Shown here piece by piece: positions 1 through 8,193 of a stretch of 20,000 nucleotides of DNA. This DNA is from an uncultured virus (IMG/VR IMGVR_UViG_3300024343_000011) (taxonomy: Duplodnaviria > Heunggongvirae > Uroviricota > Caudoviricetes > Crassvirales). The stretch is taken from the IMG/VR virus record IMGVR_UViG_3300024343_000011; one strand, 5' to 3'. How positions within the stretch are numbered: the stretch's first letter is position 1; the number at the start of each line of letters is the position of its first letter. The position numbers and the translations under genes were made by a program. The notes beneath the pieces were generated by a model. It did no database searches, had not been told where the DNA came from, and saw only the letters and a program-made list of their open reading frames with translations.

Positions 1-2
1 CA

Positions 3-3000
3 CAAGAAGAGCTTACCCCAGAGCTAATTGCTGACTTTGTAGAACAAAACAAAAGCAAGGTAGGGTCAAATGCTGTAAAGGTTGGAATTTATAAGTTCCC
101 GAATAGTAACAAAGTATCTATCGACTTAAACATAGTGGTTCCAAGAGAGAATAGAGAGGCAGCTCTTGAGTTTGGAAGATTGTCGGGACAAGAATCATTG
201 TTTGACTTGGATACTTTCGAGAACGTAAAGACTGGAGCAGATGGAAATAACCCGATAGAATTTAACGATGATCAATTTGTAGACATCGCAAAAAAGCTAG
301 AAAGTGGAATTGTTCCAGATGTATCTGTGCAAACAGAGTTCGATCAGGCCTTGAACAAGTCTGCTCAAGCACTTAACATGGTGGCACCGGGATTAAAGGT
401 GATAGTGGGGGAGAATATTGACGATGTACAGAACCAAATCGTAGAGGCACTAGCTCCATTAGTTGGCGAGAGACAGGCCGTAAAGGCATCCGAGGAGTTT
501 GCCCAAGGCACTAGGGGTCAGACAATCTTTGTTGACGGCAAGCCAGTAGCTATTGTATTCGATAAGACTACCGCGGATAGCCGTACAATTGGACACGAAG
601 CATGGGAGACAATGCTGAACGATGCGTTCGGCAACGACCAAGCCAAGTTCAAGGAGTTTACAGCAGGCATCGACGCACAGCTAAGGGCTCAAGGTTTTAC
701 TGATATCGCTGATGCTTTGGATGCATTTGCCAGCCAGAAGGGCTACGAAGCCGTAAAATACTCGGAGTACATGGCTGAGCTTGGAGGTATGTTGGTAGAG
801 GCTGGCTTCGGAAAGGGATCACTAACGGCTCAACAGAAGACATTACTACAGAAGATCGGTGACATCATCAATAAGTTTGCTGAGCTATTCACCGGCAAGA
901 AGCAGTTTTTAGATCAGGCTACTCCAGAGGATATCCTTGGATTCATGGTGACCATCTCTGAGAAGGTTGCTAAGGGTGAGGACGTGTCAAGCTTCTTTAG
1001 AAAAGGCGAGAAGGCTAAGGCTAAGGAAGGCGTGACATCTAGAAAGCAGGCAGAGAAAATATTCACAGGAGAAGAAAAGGTACCTACATTCAAGAGCCTT
1101 CCAGAGATAGCCAATTGGCTTGAGGGTTGGTCCAAGAAGAATAAAATATTTGCAAAAGACATAAAGGATGTATCTGATCAAGAGTTTGTAAAGAAGCTTG
1201 AGTCTCATACATTAAAAGAGCTAGCGGCTTGGGATGGTGTTCGTGGTCAGGACTATGTAAGCTTCTATGTTGGAGATATCGTAGATCGCCTTAATCCTAA
1301 ATTGCAAAAATTCGCAGAGGCTAGATACGGAAGGATGTTGACTCCAGGCGAGGTAACTCTTTACCACGCTGTCAGCGGATTTGCATCTCCACAGGCAGAT
1401 CCTATGTTTGACTCTAGTAAGGGTCTTGAGATATTCGACAAGTACATGAATGGTGGAAAGCCAGATGTAAATAAACTATCTGGTTATGCTGACAAGCAAG
1501 CTACTATATATGAATTAAACGACAAAGGAAAGAAAGTAGATACAGGTAAATTAAAGTTTGACAAAGAGGGAAATCCTGTTTACTCTCAAGTCTCAATGCA
1601 CTACGCTGTACCTTCTTTGAATAAAATGAAGGCCATGATATCTCATTTTGAAGGAGATGTTGAAAAGGCTATGGAATGGATGACATCTATCCACTCTTAC
1701 GAAGAGATATCCGAAGTAATGGGTACTCCATTAAAAGGGGCTAAGGCTCTTACTCCTCACGAGAACTTGAGCAAGGAAGACGGTGGATTTGGTATCTTTG
1801 GATTTACTGGTGCCAAGTTGGGATCTTATATCCTTAACAGGGTCGGAGAGTACTCTACGGTTACCAAGGACATGTGGTACGCCAGAACAATGGCAAGACT
1901 AGTTGGCGAGCCATTGACAAAAGATGGCAAGGCCATGACAGACCCATGGGCAGCTGGCACTGTTGCTGGTGTGAAGAAAAGAAAACTTGCAGATCAGGCT
2001 TGGGAATCAGTTGCTAAGAAATTAAATATTAGCCCGTCTGACGTTCAAGAAAGAATGTGGGACTTTGAGAAAAGACTTTATGAGAAGATGGGTGCTATAG
2101 AAAAGGCATCTTACGCCTCAGAAGGTTTCATGAAGACCGCAAAGAAGCTTGAGCCAGGCTTAGATCTAGAGACCAAGGTGGTGGAGTCACGCTCACAGAA
2201 GAATGTACCACCGGTAGTAGACGAGGTTCTTACCGATGACGGTAAGGGCAACTACTTATTCGTTCACTACTCTGATGAGAATAGAGATGTGATCAAGCCA
2301 ATGTCAGGATCTAAGAGCAACTTCACAAGCCGTGAAGAGGTATCTGCGATATCTGCAGTAGGTGGTGTTGCAATGTACTACACAAAGTCCGGCCAGAAAG
2401 AGAGCGGTGTTGGTAATGTTCCACACACAGTTTTAGTTCCAAAGGACAAGGTATACTTCTACGGAAGCACAAAAAAGGGGACCGTCTCTCACGATCCAGA
2501 AGGATTCGAGGAAGAGGCAAGACAAAGATTCCAGGCCTACAGGAACCGTGGAAACGAGGACAGACCAACAAAGTATGCGTTTGATGCAAACAACTCAGCA
2601 GCTTGGGTGACCAAGGTTGCCGGTGAGAATGGTTACGACATGCTAGTTACCAACTGGGGAGGACCTAACAGTTACCGTGCTCAGACTACCAAGGCATTAA
2701 AGCCAGAGGCAGAGTACACTGGTTTCAAGAAGCCAGAGCCTGTGGTATTTGAGGTAGGAGACGAGGTCTTCTTGTATGGAAGATATGCTACTATTGTAGC
2801 TGTTGATGGGGACGTCCTTTCGTATGAATCTCAAAACGACTTCGGAAGATTTGATACTGGTAAGTTCACGTTGTCACCATATACAAGCTACAAGATCACA
2901 ATGATCGAGAAGGCTAAGCCGTCTGTTACAACTCGCTCTCAGAAGGTAGAGGTAAAGACCATCCCTGGATACGACAGAATGATGAACGAGGTCGAGGGTA

Positions 3001-6000
3001 TTATGGACAAGAGCATCAACAGGGGCAGGTCTTATAATCAAACAAGCGCTAACGCAGTTGACTACATTCAGAAGTCATCTGTTTATGAAAGGGCAGACGA
3101 TTCTCAGCGTGAGCAGATCATCCGCGACTTCAAGAAGATCAGAGGAGAGAAGTTTAAGACCGCTCCGTCTGTGGCTAAAATACTAGGCCAGATCGAGGAC
3201 GTAAAAAAGGTAACAGTAAAAGAGAGCACAGCGCTTAAGGATCAGATCAAGTTGGAGGCAAAGGCAGCCAAGGACTCTGCAGCCTTTGTAAAGCAGCTCC
3301 GCATGGACATCTCTGGTAGGTTAAAGTCTATGGTTGGCCGTGGCATGATGTCTGCTAGACAGGCCACCGCTATTATCTCTCGCTACGACAAGATGAACAT
3401 ATTGAACCCTGTGATGCGTGACCGCTTTGTAGACTACATGTCTAGGGTATTCCAAAGCGCTGAGTACATGGACAAGATCAAGGAAGCGTCAAAGCTTAGA
3501 GCATCTATCAAGAAGGCCATGAAGTCACCTGCAAACCAAGCAGAGATTGCAAAGCTTGCTAAGGACTTTGGAGACATTGATCCGTCTCGCGTAGAGAATA
3601 TTGACGACTATATTAACAACGCAACACAGATGCTAAACGCAGTGGCCAGAAAGACTGGAGATCCATTGATGCGTAGCCTTGTGAATGCTGCTGATATGAA
3701 CTCTTATATTGATATAGAGATCGAGGCACAGAGAGAGCAGATCAAGAACGAGTTACTAGACAAGTATAAAGAATTGGTAGACGCTGGTGTATTGTCAAGC
3801 GACATGACCATCAATGAGATCAAGAAGGTCGTTGCAGCTATTGAGGAAAACGATAGCGATGCTGTAGCCAAGGAAGAGAAGGCAAAGGCCGCTGTCAAGG
3901 AAATGATGGCCGAGGTATCCCCATTGATTGTGCAGATCGTTAAGACTGGAGAGGATCCATTCACTGGCGAGCCTATATCACTTACACAGGACGAGAAGAA
4001 GTCATTGATCGCATTGACTAATATTGACACCGACAGTCTTTCATTGTCAGAGGCATTGCAGGTCCTTGAATATGCCAACAACTTTGTTGCAAATGGTATC
4101 ACTTCTGGTATCGATGGAATGGTAAGCCTTTACCAAGGAGGACTGAATGCCGGAGAGCTAGTTGATGATGGTATCAAGTCTATCCCATTGAGCAAGTACT
4201 TCTCTGGGCTAGTTGGAAGAGTATGGGGCGAAGGATTCGCAACGCTTCCAATGCTTAACAAGTTATTATGGGGTAACACAAGGCGTGCTATAATGGTCTC
4301 TGAGAAGGCCGGAATCAATGGAGTGTCGAATGGTAAGGCCAAGGCCTTGAAGATGGTTGACAATGCTGTTAAACAGTACGTAAAGCTATTCTCGAAGACC
4401 AAGGACTTCTTGGCAAGTGAGAATGTTGTCGAGCGTGGTGTATTTGCATTCATGTCTAGAAACGTGGTCGGCGATGAATTCCAGGCGCAAGACGAGTTTA
4501 ATAGGCGCAAATCACTCATTAAGGAAACAATCCAGGCGCTATCTGACGTAGACAACAACACTGAATCAGAAATCAAGAAGGGCGAGGTCATCCAAAAGGT
4601 GTACGACAAGGTCTTGAAAGATGCCAAGAATATTAATGACGTCAAGAAAAACGTAAGCCAGATAAACCAAGACGCTGTAAACTGGTGGATAAACAAGTGG
4701 TCTGAGAACTTCGACCGTATCGACGAGGTATCTAGAAACGTGTACAACACACAGCTGTCTAGGGACATTGACTTTACACCCGACAGGTTCCAACTAAAGG
4801 AGGCACCAACAGCTGTAGAGGAAGACTTTGAGTCTGGATTCTTTGGAAACTTTGAGTACGTTGACACATCTAAGTCAGGATCACTGAGAAAAAATAACCG
4901 TATCTCTAATCTTCCAAAGGACAAGAACGGTGTTAAAACCCGTATAGTCAACCTTGACTTCGACGTTAACAATGTTAACGCATTGACAAGTGCAATGGTA
5001 GACGTAGAGACCGCTAGCTCTGTAATGCAGATGAAAGGTTTTGTTACATCTAAAAACTTCTCAAAGCTTTTCTCAAACAAGGAAGACAAGAACCTTTACA
5101 AGAAGAGACTGATCAAGTACGTAAACCGTGCCAAGGGTGGTTCTTATGTGGACCAGAATGAGCTTTCAAAGATAAATAGAACAATTAATACCATTGCATC
5201 ATTTGGTGTTGCTAAGGCATTGTTCAGTGTGTCACAGCCATTTAAGCAGTTCTTTCCTCCAATGATAAACACTTTTGTTCAGACAGGTAGGTTTGACTTA
5301 AACAAGTTGCTGTACAATGGCGGAATGGGCTTTATTGACAGTTCTGGTTATCCTATCGCCAACCGTGGTGTCGCATCTCAGGGTGAACTTAAGTCTATCA
5401 ACAGACAGTTGGTAGAGGCAGAGAAGAACTTGGCCATGCGTGGACTAGATGGTGTTGCGGAGTTTAGCAACAAGACTCTTGAAATTACACTTAAGAATCC
5501 GGACATTTTTGCTGCACGTGCCTCTTGGATTTCTTTTTACTTGAGCAAGTTGAAGAAGCAGGGTGTAAATATCTCTGGAATAGATTTCAATACTCACGAG
5601 CTAAATAAAGATGCGGCCGACTACGCACAGGCGATGGTTGACTCTCAGCAAAACATCAGTGACACTGACATGCAGGGAGAGATCTTCGCTAGCAAGCAGC
5701 CAGCTACTGTGTTCTTGAGACGTGCCATTCTTCCATTGATGACATTTACCTTAAACCAAAAGACTCGTATATGGTCTGACGTAAGAACCCTTTCAAATGA
5801 CGTGTCGTCAAAAAATGACAAGGTAGAGGCGGCCAAGTCTTTATCTGGAGCGTTGATCGAGTTAGTAGCGTTCCAGGGAATAGTACTTGCGTTCAAGGAG
5901 CTTTACAATGTAGTAGCAGCTGCCATCATGGGTGAAGATGAGGACGAAGAGGAAAAGAAAATCAGAAAGATGAGACAGTCTCAATCCACTGCTCAGGCAT

Positions 6001-6446
6001 TCATGAAGGACTTCTTCTTGCCACCGATCCCCGGAATGGACATATTAGCTAGCAAGGGTGTCAATTACCTTTTAGACGAGACGGGCCTATCTGACGAGTT
6101 GCCATACAAGTGGTACGGTATCGAGGACGAGGAGCAGAAGTTCAGACTGTACGACAAGATGAACAAAGGTTACTTGGACATGCTTGGAACGCAGGGTATC
6201 GCAGCTGAGAAAGCTCTTGAGCTAATCGAATACTATGACGCTGCTATCGATGGCGAGTTCACCAAAGAGTACAACGGCAATAAAGTAAAAAAGGCCCTCA
6301 TGGAAGAGGACCTTGATATAGCTAGAATGAATGCTATTATTATGACTGCTTATTATGGAGGTGTGTTACCATCAGACATGGCTAACATCGTCAACATAAT
6401 GAACAAGAAGATTCAGAAGAGAGCAGAGCAGGTAGACGAGGACTAG
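3..6446 (+). CDS. Giant multidomain phage protein (large polyvalent / internal virion-type), 5'-truncated by the window edge
   Basis: The frame is open from base 3 (QEELTPELIADFVEQ...) into the listed 2103-aa ORF, so the true start lies upstream of the window. It contains a zincin-like HEAWE...SEYMAE motif, a putative HhH-glycosylase-like block (SPQ, GAKLGSY, TKDMW, VQERMW), a putative ART-like block (VHYS...YY...GYDM) and a long, apparently alpha-helical C-terminal half. Confidence 0.8.
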   Translation, partial: QEELTPELIADFVEQNKSKVGSNAVKVGIYKFPNSNKVSIDLNIVVPRENREAALEFGRLSGQESLFDLDTFENVKTGADGNNPIEFNDDQFVDIAKKLESGIVPDVSVQTEFDQALNKSAQALNMVAPGLKVIVGENIDDVQNQIVEALAPLVGERQAVKASEEFAQGTRGQTIFVDGKPVAIVFDKTTADSRTIGHEAWETMLNDAFGNDQAKFKEFTAGIDAQLRAQGFTDIADALDAFASQKGYEAVKYSEYMAELGGMLVEAGFGKGSLTAQQKTLLQKIGDIINKFAELFTGKKQFLDQATPEDILGFMVTISEKVAKGEDVSSFFRKGEKAKAKEGVTSRKQAEKIFTGEEKVPTFKSLPEIANWLEGWSKKNKIFAKDIKDVSDQEFVKKLESHTLKELAAWDGVRGQDYVSFYVGDIVDRLNPKLQKFAEARYGRMLTPGEVTLYHAVSGFASPQADPMFDSSKGLEIFDKYMNGGKPDVNKLSGYADKQATIYELNDKGKKVDTGKLKFDKEGNPVYSQVSMHYAVPSLNKMKAMISHFEGDVEKAMEWMTSIHSYEEISEVMGTPLKGAKALTPHENLSKEDGGFGIFGFTGAKLGSYILNRVGEYSTVTKDMWYARTMARLVGEPLTKDGKAMTDPWAAGTVAGVKKRKLADQAWESVAKKLNISPSDVQERMWDFEKRLYEKMGAIEKASYASEGFMKTAKKLEPGLDLETKVVESRSQKNVPPVVDEVLTDDGKGNYLFVHYSDENRDVIKPMSGSKSNFTSREEVSAISAVGGVAMYYTKSGQKESGVGNVPHTVLVPKDKVYFYGSTKKGTVSHDPEGFEEEARQRFQAYRNRGNEDRPTKYAFDANNSAAWVTKVAGENGYDMLVTNWGGPNSYRAQTTKALKPEAEYTGFKKPEPVVFEVGDEVFLYGRYATIVAVDGDVLSYESQNDFGRFDTGKFTLSPYTSYKITMIEKAKPSVTTRSQKVEVKTIPGYDRMMNEVEGIMDKSINRGRSYNQTSANAVDYIQKSSVYERADDSQREQIIRDFKKIRGEKFKTAPSVAKILGQIEDVKKVTVKESTALKDQIKLEAKAAKDSAAFVKQLRMDISGRLKSMVGRGMMSARQATAIISRYDKMNILNPVMRDRFVDYMSRVFQSAEYMDKIKEASKLRASIKKAMKSPANQAEIAKLAKDFGDIDPSRVENIDDYINNATQMLNAVARKTGDPLMRSLVNAADMNSYIDIEIEAQREQIKNELLDKYKELVDAGVLSSDMTINEIKKVVAAIEENDSDAVAKEEKAKAAVKEMMAEVSPLIVQIVKTGEDPFTGEPISLTQDEKKSLIALTNIDTDSLSLSEALQVLEYANNFVANGITSGIDGMVSLYQGGLNAGELVDDGIKSIPLSKYFSGLVGRVWGEGFATLPMLNKLLWGNTRRAIMVSEKAGINGVSNGKAKALKMVDNAVKQYVKLFSKTKDFLASENVVERGVFAFMSRNVVGDEFQAQDEFNRRKSLIKETIQALSDVDNNTESEIKKGEVIQKVYDKVLKDAKNINDVKKNVSQINQDAVNWWINKWSENFDRIDEVSRNVYNTQLSRDIDFTPDRFQLKEAPTAVEEDFESGFFGNFEYVDTSKSGSLRKNNRISNLPKDKNGVKTRIVNLDFDVNNVNALTSAMVDVETASSVMQMKGFVTSKNFSKLFSNKEDKNLYKKRLIKYVNRAKGGSYVDQNELSKINRTINTIASFGVAKALFSVSQPFKQFFPPMINTFVQTGRFDLNKLLYNGGMGFIDSSGYPIANRGVASQGELKSINRQLVEAEKNLAMRGLDGVAEFSNKTLEITLKNPDIFAARASWISFYLSKLKKQGVNISGIDFNTHELNKDAADYAQAMVDSQQNISDTDMQGEIFASKQPATVFLRRAILPLMTFTLNQKTRIWSDVRTLSNDVSSKNDKVEAAKSLSGALIELVAFQGIVLAFKELYNVVAAAIMGEDEDEEEKKIRKMRQSQSTAQAFMKDFFLPPIPGMDILASKGVNYLLDETGLSDELPYKWYGIEDEEQKFRLYDKMNKGYLDMLGTQGIAAEKALELIEYYDAAIDGEFTKEYNGNKVKKALMEEDLDIARMNAIIMTAYYGGVLPSDMANIVNIMNKKIQKRAEQVDED

Positions 6447-7555
6447 AACAAGTGAGTGATTCTAGCGACCTGCCCGTGCTCGGGGTGGTGGAGGAAGCCT
6501 TCCACCGCCTTGGGAGAGCCGGTGTAACCATTTCTATGGTGCCAGCTATCTGTTCCAGACGGTGATCGAAGACTCTCCACAGTGACACCGATGTAGTCCT
6601 TGGACGTCTTGTGGTGTACGTGGTGTGTATACACATAGCGATGCTTGGTCTGTGACCATGACAGCGGTGACTCTTGAGCCATAAGCAATGGCAAGTCCTG
6701 CGCCTTGGCACCATCTCCATGTGTCGATCCAATCATGTTGGTCCCGTACGTGTAATACTTTCTGTGTGCTATAGAGCAGTCGAAGGTAATGTTTTCGCAC
6801 TTTGAGAACCATGACTGAATCGTGTCGGCCAAAAAGAATCCATTAGTGTAGTCGTGGTTAGACGGATTAAAGCAGAAGTGCACGTCAGCAACCGTTACCA
6901 GCATCTCGAGTATCTCAATGTAAAGCTGCTTGGCGATCAAGAAGTTGTCGTACCACATGCCATCGGTGTCCTGGAACGTACCAGACGTAGTGGTCCTCCT
7001 TGGCGTGTCGATGTGCAGGATATCGTTTCCAGCAATAAATAAGATCTTATCAATATTGAATCCAGCGGTCTTGTCTAGGATTCCCTTGACTCCCTCTCTG
7101 ACTCTTTGGACAGCAATTTGGTTGTTGTAGTCCTCGCCTGTCTCGAAAGAGCTAGCGAGCTTTCCAATGTGAATGTCTGCAGGATCGATCACCAGTAGGT
7201 GCCCGTCCTTGCTATGGCTTCTGTGGATGTGTTGGTACAAGGGTGCGTAAGACTTCATCTGATCGATGATATCATCTCTGATCTCCTCGTAAGATGGGGC
7301 GGCGTCTCCCTTTACGTTCATAGAGAAGTTCTTTCCCTTGTGCCAGTAATACTTTACCTTGTCAACGGGAACCCCTATTACGTTACACTCTTCAACCAAG
7401 GCTCTGTGCTTGGTGATCTGTCTGCATACTTCTTTTCTCACTGTCTCTTCAGACATTGGCAGATTGTACTTGTCCTTTAGGGACTTAGCAATCTGGGTCT
7501 TATTGAGTTTGCCTTCGGCAAAAAGCTCAACAGCCTCTTGTTTATATGATTTCAT
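6443..7555 (-). CDS. Calcineurin-like metallophosphoesterase with N-terminal HTH-like segment
   Basis: 370-aa ORF with ordered metal-binding motifs DIHIG, GNDILH, SNHD, HGD and HHVHH. The N-terminus (LNKTQIAKSL...SEETVRKEV) looks like an HTH. Confidence 0.8.
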   Translation of the reverse strand: MKSYKQEAVELFAEGKLNKTQIAKSLKDKYNLPMSEETVRKEVCRQITKHRALVEECNVIGVPVDKVKYYWHKGKNFSMNVKGDAAPSYEEIRDDIIDQMKSYAPLYQHIHRSHSKDGHLLVIDPADIHIGKLASSFETGEDYNNQIAVQRVREGVKGILDKTAGFNIDKILFIAGNDILHIDTPRRTTTSGTFQDTDGMWYDNFLIAKQLYIEILEMLVTVADVHFCFNPSNHDYTNGFFLADTIQSWFSKCENITFDCSIAHRKYYTYGTNMIGSTHGDGAKAQDLPLLMAQESPLSWSQTKHRYVYTHHVHHKTSKDYIGVTVESLRSPSGTDSWHHRNGYTGSPKAVEGFLHHPEHGQVARITHLF

Positions 7556-7727
7556 TTGTGTGGGTCGCTTGAATATCCTTTAACAAAGGTATCATAGCCT
7601 CAACGATCTTCTTCACTTCCTTGTTCTCCTGGTCCATCATGGCCTCGTAAAGGTCTGTAGACAGGCTGTTCAACTCATCCATAACCGAGTTGACGTAGTT
7701 AGATATGTTTTTGTGTTCTGCTTTCAT
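7542..7727 (-). CDS. Hypothetical small alpha-helical protein (61 aa)
   Basis: Internal ATG at 7727 (MKAEHKN...) of the listed ORF 7542..7760. It lies downstream of a TATCTTTG promoter box and overlaps the start of the phosphoesterase gene. Confidence 0.65.
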   Translation of the reverse strand: MKAEHKNISNYVNSVMDELNSLSTDLYEAMMDQENKEVKKIVEAMIPLLKDIQATHTNEII

Positions 7728-7736
7728 GGTATTTAA

Positions 7737-7771
7737 AACAATGGGGCCGGAAAATTCCAAACCCCAATGTT
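7737..7771 (-). terminator. GC-rich hairpin (terminator-like or 5'-UTR structure)
   Basis: Minus strand reads AACATTGGGGTTTGGAATTTTCCGGCCCCATTGTT. The outer arms pair at 9/10, there is an inner GGA/TCC stem, and the 3' arm ends in TTGTTTT. Confidence 0.45.
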
Positions 7772-7793
7772 ACCCAACGAGATATGAACAAGG

Positions 7794-7801
7794 CAAAGAT
7801 A
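7794..7801 (-). promoter_or_regulatory. Bacteroidota-type -7 promoter box (TATCTTTG)
   Basis: Exact match to the TAnnTTTG consensus, about 65 nt upstream of the ATG at 7727. The identical octamer occurs at 10698-10705. Confidence 0.55.
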
Positions 7802-7844
7802 ATCAGACTATATCCTGAGTTATTAACAAATTGTACGCAAACAT

Positions 7845-8193
7845 TTGCCACTATTTCTATTTACTGGCAATTGTGAGTAATTCTGCCGCATTATAGTTCG
7901 GCGTAACAATAAACACTGGGACGCTTAAAAGCAAATATATGCACAAAGTAGCGAAAAGTAATACCTTGTGCAAAAATAACCATTATATTGTGCAATTTGT
8001 GCTATTTTTGGCACATTTAACCATTATAATGTGCAATTATTGTACAATAATGTCCTTTAAGACACCCAAAACTATGTCAAAATGAGCTTTATATGACCGG
8101 TTATTCCGCCATTACTTGATTTGTTGTCAAATAATGGCGGGTTATACGGACAATAACCGAGTAATGTCCAGTTTATTTACATAAAAACTGGAC
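7845..8193. repeat. Non-coding tandem array of distinct palindromes/inverted repeats, plus a 21-bp direct repeat
   Basis: Inverted repeats at 7845-7870, 7940-7972, 7998-8015, 8011-8034, 8036-8051 (perfect 16-mer), 8076-8097, 8106-8140, 8140-8158 and 8166-8193. Direct repeat TAACCATTATA(T/A)TGTGCAATT at 7977-7997 and 8018-8038. Confidence 0.8.

Noticed and set aside
3704..5089. Long minus-strand ORFs (132 aa and 319 aa)
   Set aside because: They are antisense shadows of the giant + strand gene, Ser/Leu/Phe-rich and without motifs.
7932..8074. Additional TAnnTTTG matches (7932-7939, 7971-7978, 8003-8010, 8067-8074)
   Set aside because: Such matches are expected by chance in AT-rich sequence and none has an adjacent start codon. 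They are not excluded as ncRNA promoters but are unsupported.
7845..8193. CRISPR array or tRNA cluster in the intergenic gap
   Set aside because: There is no series of identical repeats with regular spacers (only one duplicated unit), no cas genes, and no cloverleaf or TpsiC signature.
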